Assembly (NCBI RefSeq): GCF_032062105.1
Contig: NW_026930705.1
Coordinates: 62,001 to 126,000 of the forward strand
DNA: 64,000 nt
Direction: 5' to 3'
Origin: Saccostrea cucullata
Taxonomy: Eukaryota
The notes under the pieces were generated by a model. The model ran no database searches. It worked only from the letters and a program-made list of their open reading frames with translations, and was not told the origin of the DNA. Every line of letters starts with the position of its first letter. The first letter of the stretch is position 1. The position numbers and the translations under genes are program-made. Positions 55,001 to 64,000 of the stretch are shown here, piece after piece.

Positions 55001-58000
55001 AAGATTACTGTTTTTAAATGCCGATGTAATGTACCATTCCAGTACATTTATATTATAAGATTACTGTTTTTAAATGCTGATGTAATGTACAATTCCAATA
55101 CATTGATATTATAAGATTACCGATTTTAAATACCGATGTAATGTACCATTCCAATACATTGATATTATAAGATTACTGTTTTTAAATACCGATGTAATGT
55201 ACAATTCCAATTCAATTATATTATAAGATTACTGTTTTTAAATGCCGATGTAATGTACCATTCCAATACATTTATATTATAAGATTATTGTTTTTAAATA
55301 CCGATGTAATGTACCATTCCAGTACATTTATATTATAAGATTATTGATTTTAAATACCGATGTAATGTACCATTCCAATACATTTATATTATAAGATTAC
55401 TATTTTAAATACCGATGTAATGTACAATTCCAATACATTTATATTATAAGATTACTGTTTTTAAATGCCGATGTAATGTACCATTCCAGTACATTTATAT
55501 TATAAGATTACTGTTTTTAAATACCGATGTAATGTACAATTCCAGTACATTTATATTATAAGATTACTGTTTTTAAATGCCGATGTAATGTACCATTCCA
55601 GTACATTTATATTATAAGATTACTGTTTTTAAATGCCGATGTAATGTACCATTCCAGTACATTTATATTATAAGATTACTGTTTTTAAATGCCGATGTAA
55701 TGTACCATTCCAGTACATTTATATTATAAGATTATTGTTTTTAAATGCCGATGTAATGTACAATTCCAATACATTTATATTATAAGATTATTGTTTTTAA
55801 ATGCCGATGTAATGTACCATTCCAATACATTTATATTATACGATTATTGTTTTTAAATGCCGATGTAATGTACAATTCCAATACATTTATATTATAAGAT
55901 TATTGTTTTTAAATGCCAATGTAATGTACCATTCCAAACCCAGGAGTGACAGTACAAATAATCCCCTCATGCTCTCTCTCTCTCTGGCTAACTTTGATTT
56001 AAAGGATCTCACGTTCAGTCAAATGTACATACATGCCATATAAACGACTAAAATATTTCTATTACACAGCACATTTTCCTTAGGATGTACATTATCAATC
56101 CCAAAATATTTTATCATTTGCATCACAATTTTATCCACAAGGGAAATATGAGTCTGGATTTATTTCTGATTGTATAGTGGTATTGGAGAGAAATTCATCA
56201 TCTGTTTTTATTATTGTAAAACAATTCTGTGAATTTTTATATGCAATCGGAAAATGAAATTCTATATTACGTAACATATATAATTTCACCAGTTGAACTT
56301 AATTGTTGTCAATTTTACTTTCAGATTGTAAGTACTAAATATCTTGGTGCTAAAATTTTATATCTTAAAGCCAGGAAACAATTTTTTTTATGTCAAAGGT
56401 TTAAATTTCTTAAACAAGCTCATAATCGAAAAATTAGATGGATATATAACCAACAAGCTAATTCAGAGAATTCATGTCCCCCGCTTAGGGAAAAAGTCGG
56501 CTCCCCCTGACTGAATTTGTAGAATTATTAAATGTATACATGTACACTGAAGGAAATAAAATACATGTATGTCAATATGCATATAAAGATTTGATTGCTT
56601 ATTCTTTATTATGTGTATAGAAGATTTTTTTATATGGAATATTTATCACACTGTAATGATGATTTTATAACCTCATAAATTTTTCATTTCACATGCTGAA
56701 TACTATCATTTAGTAAAAAAAAAAGTATTTAAAAAAAAGAAAAAAAAAGAAATGTTCGACCGAGATTCGATCCCGGGACCTCCCACATTTAATGCGAGAG
56801 ACATAACCACTAGACCACGGAGTCGCTTTACTCGGAATGAAGTATATGCAGAACTGAAGTCACATACATGTATATCTTCATGTTTTCATGTTCGGTATTC
56901 TCAAAATTTTACACAATCCATGGTGTTTGATTTATTTAGCCTTTATTAAACAGTTATAATAGATGTAATAAGAACATAAAGTCCGCCGAGAACCTGTTTT
57001 ATACGCAATAACTCTCCTCATGCCCCTGCGCTAAAAATAGCGACATGTAATACTATAAATACTAATAAAACAAACGGGGCGGGGCACTTTGAGAGGGGCG
57101 AGAGACGTCCTAGGGAGTTTTGGTATAAAATTACATTGCATAAGCTCAAAATCTTCTTGAAATATCGCCCGGAAATGATAGTGTTACACACAGACAGAAT
57201 GTATAAATTTACGACCTTGAACTTTGACCTTTTGACCTCAAAATCAATAGGGGTCTTCTTTAGGCCAGGGAGTTGTTATGTAAAATTTCATTGCGATAGC
57301 TCAAATGGTTCTAGAGATATCGTGTGGAAACGAAAGTGTTTTAACAGACAGAATTTGCTTATTTATGACCTTAACCTTTGACCTTTTGACCTCAAAATCA
57401 ATAGGGGTCTTCGTTAGTCCATAGGGAGTTGCTATGCTAAATTTCATTGCAAAAGCTCAAAGGATTCTCGAGATATCGTGTGGAAACGAAAGCGTTACAG
57501 ACAGACAGAGAGACGGACGGACGGACGGACGGACGGACGGACAAACCCAAATTAATATCCCCCACTTTTCAAGCGGGGGACAAAAATCTAGTTCAAAATC
57601 ATATATCTCTGACTGAATGTTTATACACAAACCAGATTGTAATCATAGAGCTCTGAATGTAGGTCTGGCATCATATCAGATAAGACCTTAAGCTCTGAAT
57701 GGGTGTCGATCCACAAACCAACTCATTACTGTAAATTGGCAAATAATCACGATGGTTTTAATTTCGCTATGTTCGCGTTTTATCATTTTTCCGTGAAAGT
57801 ATCACACATCTCTGAACGAATACCTAACAAGCCTACCCATATACCAGTCCATAATAACAGAGCTTTGACTTGATGACATCTCTTTAAATTGCCCAGAATC
57901 AAAGGGCTCTGACTGAATGTCTAGCTTCTCTTATACTAGTCCATAATCACTGACCCCTGAATGAATGTCTACCCACAAACCAGCTCATAATAGAGCTCTG

Positions 58001-61000
58001 AATGGATGTCTACCCATAAACCAGTCCTTAATCACTGAGCTCTGCCTTAATGACTACCCTTTAAACGAGCCCATAATCATTGAGCTCTGTACGGACGTCA
58101 ACCATAAAAAAAATAACCAACGGTTAGATTTCCATCACTGGTTAGCGGTAAATACCCAGACAAAGCTCTGTGATTATTTGCATGATTGTTGATAGAGGTA
58201 TTAGGATATACCTTTTCCCCTCAAACCAGCTGACCTTATCTTTTTTGCATATCATTAGGATGTACTCACCCCTCAAACCAGCTGACCTTAGCTTGATTTG
58301 CATAACATTATGATATACCTACCCCAACCAGCTGACCTTAGCTTGATTTGCATATCATTAGGATATACCTACCCTAACCAGATGACCTTAGCTTGATTTG
58401 CATATCATTAGGATATACCTATCCCTCAAACTAGTCGACAAGGTATTATCTTTACCCATCAAACCAATCTTTACCCATCAAACCAATCTTTACCCATCAA
58501 ATCAGCCAAACTGACATAGCTTTATTTGCATATAATTAAGGTGGCTCATTACATCCACAGTTTATTTTAGATTTCAATACAGCACCACTTATAATGTAGA
58601 TGTCAAATATCCAGATGGGGGTATTGATATCATAAATATTTATACCCCCCGCTTGAAAAGCGGGAGGGTATATAGTAATCGTTAATTCCGTCCGTCTGTA
58701 CGTCTGTCCGTCCGTCCGTCTGTCCGTCCGTCCTTCCGTCTGTCCGTCCGTCCGTCTGTTACGCTTTGGGGTACCCATCTCTTATCCGCAACTCCTCTCA
58801 TACCACTGAATGAAATTTGATGCAACTTTCACAGAATCTTTATTACATATTGCCATTGTGCACCTCCTATTTTATTTTTTGATCCGACTCATATTTTAGG
58901 TTTCCCGGCCACAGGAAAACATGGACTTTTTTCACCAGTTATAACCATATGGGAGGCGGGGGGTATCATTTAGTGAGCTCATCGCTCACAGTACCTCTAG
59001 TTTTTATAGAATTTTTTAGTTTTTGTTTTATTTTAGTGAAATGTTTTATTTCAGGTTTATTATTCACAGAATTTCAGAACTTTCAGTGTCAAATGATGGG
59101 CATCTTCTTAAGACAAGTACACAAAGTGAAAATACCTCATAATACCTAATAATAATTTTATTAGAAAAAATAAAAGTCCACTTTCAAGAGTTATCTTTCC
59201 TAATTAGCCAAGACTCAAAACACTATGGAACGTTTGACATTACATCTGAAATTCATAATAAAGCTTTAAATTGCTAGAGTATACATTTAAATCAATAAAA
59301 CAAATTAACACCAACACAGTAAATAGCGCAATTAAATAAAATTTTAATTTCAACAAGGTTGTAGATTTTAACTCGAATTTCCTCCATACATACATGTCAG
59401 TGATTGATAGAGTTCACTGCATGCATGGCTATGAAATTGACATTACTTGTTTGGCGAAGATTTGACTGTTGCTTTCTTTCGTTTCTGTCTAAAAGCAATT
59501 CTTCTTGGTTTATGCATAATGAATCCGTTACTTTGTTTTCACTGTTTACAACACCGCATGTTTCATCTATTTTTAAAGCGTTTTAAAGGTCAGGGTCATA
59601 TTATAGAGGTACCTACACTATTCGTTCCCTGAGCAAACCGGTCGACACAATGGAGGTTTATTTTTTTGTGTAGTACGTCATCAAAAAGTGGTGTAATGAG
59701 CCTCCTTAAGATATACCCACCACTCAAACCAGCCCACATTACATAGCTTGCATATCATAAGGATATATTTACCCCCATTATGAAATACTTACCCCTCAAA
59801 CCAGCCGACCTGGCATAACTTTATTTGCATGTCGTTAGGATACTCAGCAAACGCCTTAATCTTCCTCAGTACGATCTGGAGCTGTCAAAACAGATAATGA
59901 ATCGTGAATTTTAAACTTTGAATAAAATCTGTTTTTATTATTTCCTACAATTCATATACATGTATCAAACTCGTGATATGACATATATGAATTCCCCTAG
60001 AACTGATTATAAACAATGTTTGAAAAAGGCCGTCAGGTATTATTTTTGAGGGGTCAAACCTTAAATTAGCTTTGTTTTCTAATATAAAGTACATAGTGGC
60101 AAAATCATTGAGAGGGAAATTATTTTAAATTAGCGTTGTTTTCTGTTACAAAATATTTTAGCAAAAGTATGGGAGGGGAGCACCCCCTCCCCCCACCAAA
60201 GTTCCTACAGCCCTGATAGAAATCTCAAATCTAAAATAATCTAGCTCTGTGGGTATATCTCTGCCCTCTTTCGTAAATTGTATATTATTCTTAACATTAT
60301 TTTTTAATTAAAAAAAACATCACTTGAAAAGGTTTTTTTCACCCAATTTATTCTTTGACAACTATATGAACCAATGATAGGATTCTTATGAAATGCTTAC
60401 GTACATGTAAAATACCAAATATTCTGGAACTTTTTGCATCATATCTTAAATAAAAATCCATTTTTCTCTATCAGATCATCAATATTGATTAACGAAAGAA
60501 ATTCTGTTTTTGCTACTGCCAATGCATCACCGTTACTTAATAAAACGGGAGTTTTGATGTAATCTTGATTTTCTGTCACATGATCGCAGACCGTTGCTTT
60601 TATTTGACATATCTGCCGTATAATCAATGCTTACACCGTAAGGCTACCTGTACGGAGTGAATAATTTGTTTCATACATTTTAATTTGACCATAAAAATGG
60701 CAAGGAGTTAATTACGACTTTTAGAATAAAATCAATGACATTATACCTGTGCATATCTGACGCAAACGAGACCTCAGCCTGTCTGATCTTTTGAATAAGA
60801 CATTCCAAGTTCTATGTAGTTCAAATGATAGAAAGCAAGGGGGTTAATTATCAGACGTAAACAGGCGTTCTCTCCTAATACAATATTTGAAAAAAGGGAG
60901 GATTTGTTTCAATTAACTTACACTGTACAATGTAATGCAATTTTCCTAATAATATTCGGTACATATAAGCACAGTTTAACATAAATTCAGTATTGTATTG

Positions 61001-61357
61001 CAAAAAATACCCCAAAACTGTTGCCTTCATATTAACAAGAGAATTTTTTTTTCGTGTGTAGATCTTGTTAAATTTGCCTTTAATTTTGAATATATAAAGT
61101 TTCTCAACTTCAAGAAACAATCTCATGGATGTTAGGATAGTATAATGTAACTTAAAAAAAAATTGTAGACTTATCCTTAAGATTTCTTTTATCGAGGTCA
61201 CATGACATAAAGTGTGTTTAGCTCACATAGCTTGGGTATCACATAGTTCAGCCCACATTGTGTATCTCCTTGTTTAGCTTACATAGTGTATCTCCTTGTC
61301 CGTTCTGAGCTCCTGTGATTTCTGTAGAATTCGTCTGGCCTCTAACGGTAGTCGTTC
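39547..61357 (-). CDS. CNBD2: CNBD2-like tandem cyclic-nucleotide-binding domain protein, 16 spliced exons, 5'-incomplete
   Basis: Sixteen GT-AG exons with compatible phases total 1641 nt (546 aa + stop). CNB motifs IVRQNH..SFYFILCGTV, FGELAV...RRQATV, ELLCIS, and a second domain GEILVRD..SDWIYIVKSG ... LEKGQYFG...SVISNGAECIMISK. Orthology to CNBD2 is by recognition only. Confidence 0.85.
40452..40586 (-). CDS. CNBD2-like exon (GVANMIYQDQPSMSVISNGAECIMISKKFF...YQS)
   Basis: ttggccag|GGT...TCG|gtatgt, 135 nt, phase 0-0. Confidence 0.9.
40962..41113 (-). CDS. CNBD2-like exon (LQHKLS...PVFIVVQVLEKGQYF)
   Basis: tttcacag|AC CTC...TTC|gtgagt, 152 nt, phase 1-0. Confidence 0.9.
41442..41526 (-). 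CDS. CNBD2-like exon (GAYLSSGSIKRNKDKKASLSEEITRKEK)
   Basis: ttctcgaag|GGC...AAA G|gtcagt, 85 nt, phase 0-1 (needed to restore frame). Confidence 0.78.
41938..41979 (-). CDS. CNBD2-like 42-nt micro-exon (SVVNTVSQNSALYT)
   Basis: ttcaataag|AGT...ACG|gtagga, phase 0-0, locally GC-richer. Confidence 0.6.
42321..42533 (-). CDS. CNBD2-like exon (DQTLPGYYNTRD...QIHKTSK)
   Basis: atttgaag|GAC...AAG|gtataa, 213 nt, phase 0-0. Confidence 0.82.
42632..42774 (-). CDS. CNBD2-like exon (KSLDND...YELDRRL)
   Basis: ttttaaag|GA AAA...CTG|gtaaat, 143 nt, phase 1-0. Confidence 0.78.
42978..43056 (-). CDS. CNBD2-like exon (GSLSVVKKLKKVEPEKSRPRTIHTIP)
   Basis: ttttatag|GGC...CCA G|gtaagc, 79 nt, phase 0-1. 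Confidence 0.88.
44418..44478 (-). CDS. CNBD2-like exon (RGEILVRDSNRSDWIYIVKS)
   Basis: cgttccag|T CGT...TCA|gtaagt, 61 nt, phase 2-0. Confidence 0.9.
44763..44840 (-). CDS. CNBD2-like exon (KVRCLRDWPIEALSQNPQACMFHYF)
   Basis: tgttccag|C AAG...TTC AA|gtaagt, 78 nt, phase 2-2. Confidence 0.88.
45115..45185 (-). CDS. CNBD2-like exon (DFETIFMAGGVKSITDPKHNAFL)
   Basis: ttttgaag|GAT...CTGGG|gtaagt, 71 nt, phase 0-2. Confidence 0.88.
45444..45527 (-). CDS. CNBD2-like exon, phosphate-binding cassette (ELAVITKKRRQATVSTQTYTELLCISAS)
   Basis: atatgtag|GAA...TCG|gtgagt, 84 nt. The real frame differs from ORF-track 45346..45558. Confidence 0.9.
46742..46818 (-). CDS. CNBD2-like exon (LVTAFNKKDGHTKLLVSLHRGMSFG)
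   Basis: tttgttcag|TG...GGG|gtaata, 77 nt, phase 1-0. Confidence 0.9.
47500..47850 (+). mobile_element. Non-LTR retrotransposon ORF2 C-terminal relic (CCHC knuckle)
   Basis: Translates ISKMRLSLYNLFIETGRHKNIPRDKRFCKICTTEIEDEYHFLLVCPMY. Confidence 0.8.
48983..49521. mobile_element. Nested MITE, copy A
   Basis: ctgcattcccattccgga...tccggaaatgaaatgcag with tttccgaca subterminal repeats. Confidence 0.7.
49636..50543. repeat. ~125-bp tandem satellite (~7.3 units)
   Basis: Unit aaaacgcagttatcagaaaaggtccgccctctgtatttcaga...gacagggcggacctt. Confidence 0.95.
50990..51566. mobile_element. Nested MITE, copy B (same family as 48983-49521)
   Basis: gcatttcattccggaa...caggaaatgaaatgcag. Confidence 0.7.
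52890..53127 (-). repeat. ~50-bp tandem repeat containing copies of the exon 53118 splice donor
   Basis: TGTGGCACA(A/G)GTGAGAAC repeated. Confidence 0.9.
53118..53191 (-). CDS. CNBD2-like exon (YNPRRAIVRQNHLPQSFYFILCGT)
   Basis: tgaccag|G TAC...ACA G|gtgaga, 74 nt, phase 2-1. Confidence 0.9.
53450..54120. repeat. Degenerate ~38-bp minisatellite
   Basis: aagaaatgggaaatgtgtatcatatcacagtcaac-like units. Confidence 0.75.
54436..55936. repeat. 56-bp minisatellite, ~27 highly similar units
   Basis: taagattactgtttttaaatgccgatgtaatgtaccattcca(a/g)tacatttatatta. Confidence 0.97.
56452..57587 (-). mobile_element. Helentron/HINE-like element
   Basis: (GACG)n microsatellite, terminal hairpin cccccacttttcaagcggggg, subTIR tgtcccccgc, ~140-bp duplicated core, internal tRNA-like fragment at about 56755-56822. 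Confidence 0.7.
57620..58540 (-). repeat. Compound minisatellite (~45-, ~50- and 19-bp units) sharing the core TACCC..AAACCA
   Basis: The 50-bp units match the 3' half and donor of exon 59793-59881. Confidence 0.85.
58639..59004 (+). mobile_element. Helentron/HINE-like element
   Basis: tttatacccccc-hairpin, (GTCC)n, subTIR gcgggggta, 3' palindrome gtgagctcatcgctcac, ctagtttt. Confidence 0.8.
59793..59881 (-). CDS. CNBD2-like exon (LQIVLRKIKAFAEYPNDMQIKLCQVGWFE)
   Basis: ttttgacag|CTC...GAGGG|gtaagt, 89 nt, phase 0-2. Confidence 0.9.
61283..61357 (-). CDS. CNBD2-like exon (ERLPLEARRILQKSQELRTDKEIHY)
   Basis: tctctacag|GAA...TAT|gtaagc, 75 nt, phase 0-0. Confidence 0.85.
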
Positions 61358-61396
61358 CTGTAGAGAAAGCGAGATAACTCTAAATCTTAAATGTAT

Positions 61397-62120
61397 TTTT
61401 TTATACCCCCCCCTCGCTTGAAAAGCGGGAGGGTATAAAGTAATCGCTATGTCCGTCTACCCCTCCGTGCATCCACCCGTCTGTCTGTACGTCTGTCTGT
61501 TACGCTTTGGGGTACCCATCTCTTATCCGCAACTCCTCTTTATACCGCTGAATGAAATTTAATGAGACTTTCACATATTCTTTTTTACATAGTGCCATTG
61601 TGCAACTATTTCACTATTTGATCCGACACAAATTTTGAGTTTCCCAGCAAACATGGACACGGTCATTCTTTCAATAGTATTAAAAGGTACCCATCTCTTA
61701 TCCGCAACTCCTCCTATACCGATACTTTAAAACAGATTTTTTTTATACCCTCCGCTTGAAAAGTGGGAGGGTAATAGTGATCGGGATGTCCGTCCGTCTG
61801 TTACGCTTTTGGGTAGCCATCTCTAATACAACCCCTCCAATACCAATGAATGAAATTTAATGAAACTTTCACAGATTATTTGTTACATTGTGCACCTCCT
61901 TATTTTACTTTTTGATCCGACACATATTTTGGGTTTCCCATAGCAAAACATGGACACTGACATTCTTTCTATATTATTGCAAGGTCCCTTTCGCTTATCG
62001 CAACTCTTCCTATACCACTGAATAAAATTTAATGATACTTTCACAGATTCTTTATAACAAAATGCACCTTCTATTTTACTTTCTGATCTGATTCTTATTT
62101 CGAGTCTTCCAGAGCAAATG
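61397..62120 (+). mobile_element. Two tandem partial Helentron/HINE-like copies (starts at about 61397 and 61737)
   Basis: Same 5' hairpin, microsatellite and core (cccatctcttatccgcaactcc) as 58639-59004. Confidence 0.75.
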
Positions 62121-62466
62121 ATAATTTGGATATTGCCATTATAATCATTCGGGAAGCGCTAATTGCTAACAGTAAATCTATTTTACTTTTGCATGACTCA
62201 ACGAAAAAAAATATATATTTACATGTACATTATTTTTATTGAATAATTCGAAACTTAAGTCTACAAGCATTGTTGAATGTATTACTAAGCCATACACAAC
62301 AAGAAGGCATTTCTTTCACTGATGAGCAAATGGTTTTATGAAGATATTCATCTTATTTGTTGTTTTATTTCGAACAAAGTTTTTACCACCACTGTCTTGT
62401 AATTTTCTATTTATCCGTAAAACTTTTCTTTTTCAAAAGGCTTCTTCTTCCTTCGTTAAAACATAT

Positions 62467-62950
62467 AGACTAGAGGTACTGTGAGCACTGAGCTAACTCC
62501 CATATCTTATAATGGCATGTCTTGCTCTGGATGCCCGAAATGAGTGTCAAATCAGAAAGTAAATTAGGAGGTGCACAATGACATAATGCAATTAAGATTA
62601 GAATCTGTGAAAGCTTCTTAAACGTTATTCGGTTATTTAGGAAGAATTGCGAATAAGAGATTTGTACCCTTCAATATTATAGAAAGAATGTCAATGTCCA
62701 TGCATGTTTTATTATGTGAAACCCAAAAATATGTGTCAGATCAAATAGTAAAATAGGAGATGCACAATAAGGCACTAGGTAACAAAGATTCTGTGAAAGT
62801 CTCATTAAATTTCATTCTGTGGTATAAAAGAAGATGCGGATAATTGAGATGCCATTGTGTACCCTAAAGCGTATCAGACGGACGTACAAAAGAACAGACA
62901 TCTCGATCACTATATATACCCTCCCACTTTTCAAGTGGGGGATAAAAAAA
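62467..62950 (-). mobile_element. Helentron/HINE-like copy
   Basis: actagaggtactgtgagc ... ccctcccacttttcaagtggggataaaaa (reverse of the 58639 family). Confidence 0.75.
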
Positions 62951-64000
62951 GAGTTGGGAAAAAGAGAACCCGTGTTATTTACAAGATGCTCAATCCCGCT
63001 TTCGCAACTGAACACGACTGCTAACAAATAGATTTCATATGGCTAATTTTTTTTCATACATTTACTACTCTGTAGATTCCTAGTACATCAACATAATTAT
63101 GTCTTTTACATGTAAATTTTTTTGAAATACTTCTTTCATTTTATAGTTTGCACTGTTGCACATTATACAAAAACTTCATGAACTATTTTTTGAAATTTTT
63201 AACATCGATATTTAATTTTATTTAATTTTTTTTTTTTGACATTAAGATTTAATTTTATTTTTAAATTTTCCAAATAAGTTCTTTCCCTTTTTACGTTTCT
63301 CAGTTATTTGTGAATGGGTACCAGGTATCATGGACATTCTTGTAAATATATCCCTCTTTCAAATTCTTTCTACATGAGTCTTAGCTTTAAAATTTTAAAT
63401 TAATCAACAGTTTGCACTGAGGTTACGGCTAGATTATTGTCTCAGTTTACATGTATCTACATTCCAATCGGCAAGATCAAACTGTCGGCTATCTCTTTTT
63501 CATAATTAAGTAACATGGACTGTATTTTTTATTATTTGGTATACACCGGGTATATGGAATGTCACAAAGAACATGGGTACGCTTAAAACTGCATTTAAAT
63601 ATTTTTCTGTGTTGAATAAAAGAAACTGATTAACTCCAACTAAAAAAAACTTAAAATTATTCTTTAAAGGTCGAAACGTTTCTTCAAACATTCCGCTAGA
63701 GTAACGTGACCAGGCTTAAACGTGGGAATTCTTTATTTGTTTGTGGAAAAAACTTTATAACATATATCATCGATGTTAATAATCTTTTGGAGATAATTTA
63801 TTTCTTCATGTTTGTGATAAGAATGTTTTCCTCTTTGTTTATAACTAGATGCACCTGTTAGTAAAATAATGCGCCTTTGAAGTGAATCCGAGAGAGGTTA
63901 ATCAAATCTTACTGACTAGGTGATTATTGAGATATAAGGAGTGATATTGGCAGGTTTAACTAACGTCCTCCTCTGATGACACTGAAATAGTTCAGCTTAC

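Noticed and set aside
54436-55936. CRISPR-like regular array
   Set aside because: Units are contiguous with no unique spacers, there are no cas genes, and the context is eukaryotic; it is a minisatellite.
27921-61357. Functional cAMP-signalling cluster of RASD and CNBD
   Set aside because: The genes are convergent and 9 kb apart; adjacency in a eukaryote is no evidence without synteny or co-expression data.
63972-63990. Hammerhead core CTGATGA..GAAA (also CTGATGAG at 4106, 43386, 62339)
   Set aside because: No stem II/III pairing or no correctly placed GAAA.
63993-64000. Minus-strand donor gtaagctg at the window edge as the next CNBD exon boundary
   Set aside because: The exon would lie outside the window and cannot be verified.

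Overview
AT-rich, intron-containing eukaryotic DNA. The repeat content (Helentron/HINE-like elements, tRNA-headed SINEs, Naiad-type Penelope-like relics) suggests a bivalve, probably an oyster; this is an inference. There are two convergent protein-coding genes. One is a complete two-exon RASD (Rhes/Dexras1-family) small GTPase on + (27921/28044-30494). The other is the 3' 16 coding exons (546 aa, splice phases checked by hand) of a CNBD2-like tandem cyclic-nucleotide-binding protein on - (61357-39547), whose 5' end is not resolved. The rest is mostly decayed mobile DNA: about 11 truncated copies of a Penelope-like retroelement family with a conserved structured 3' motif, several TIR elements, a Crypton-like palindromic element, Helentron-like elements, SINEs and minisatellites. 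Three observations stand out. (1) Three consecutive CNBD exons have each seeded intronic tandem repeats of their own exon end plus 5' splice site, some in frame. (2) An RT relic has a block-wise interleaved duplicate (complex rearrangement or consensus artefact). (3) The retroelement carries a conserved 3' RNA-like motif. All calls are by eye, with no database searches.
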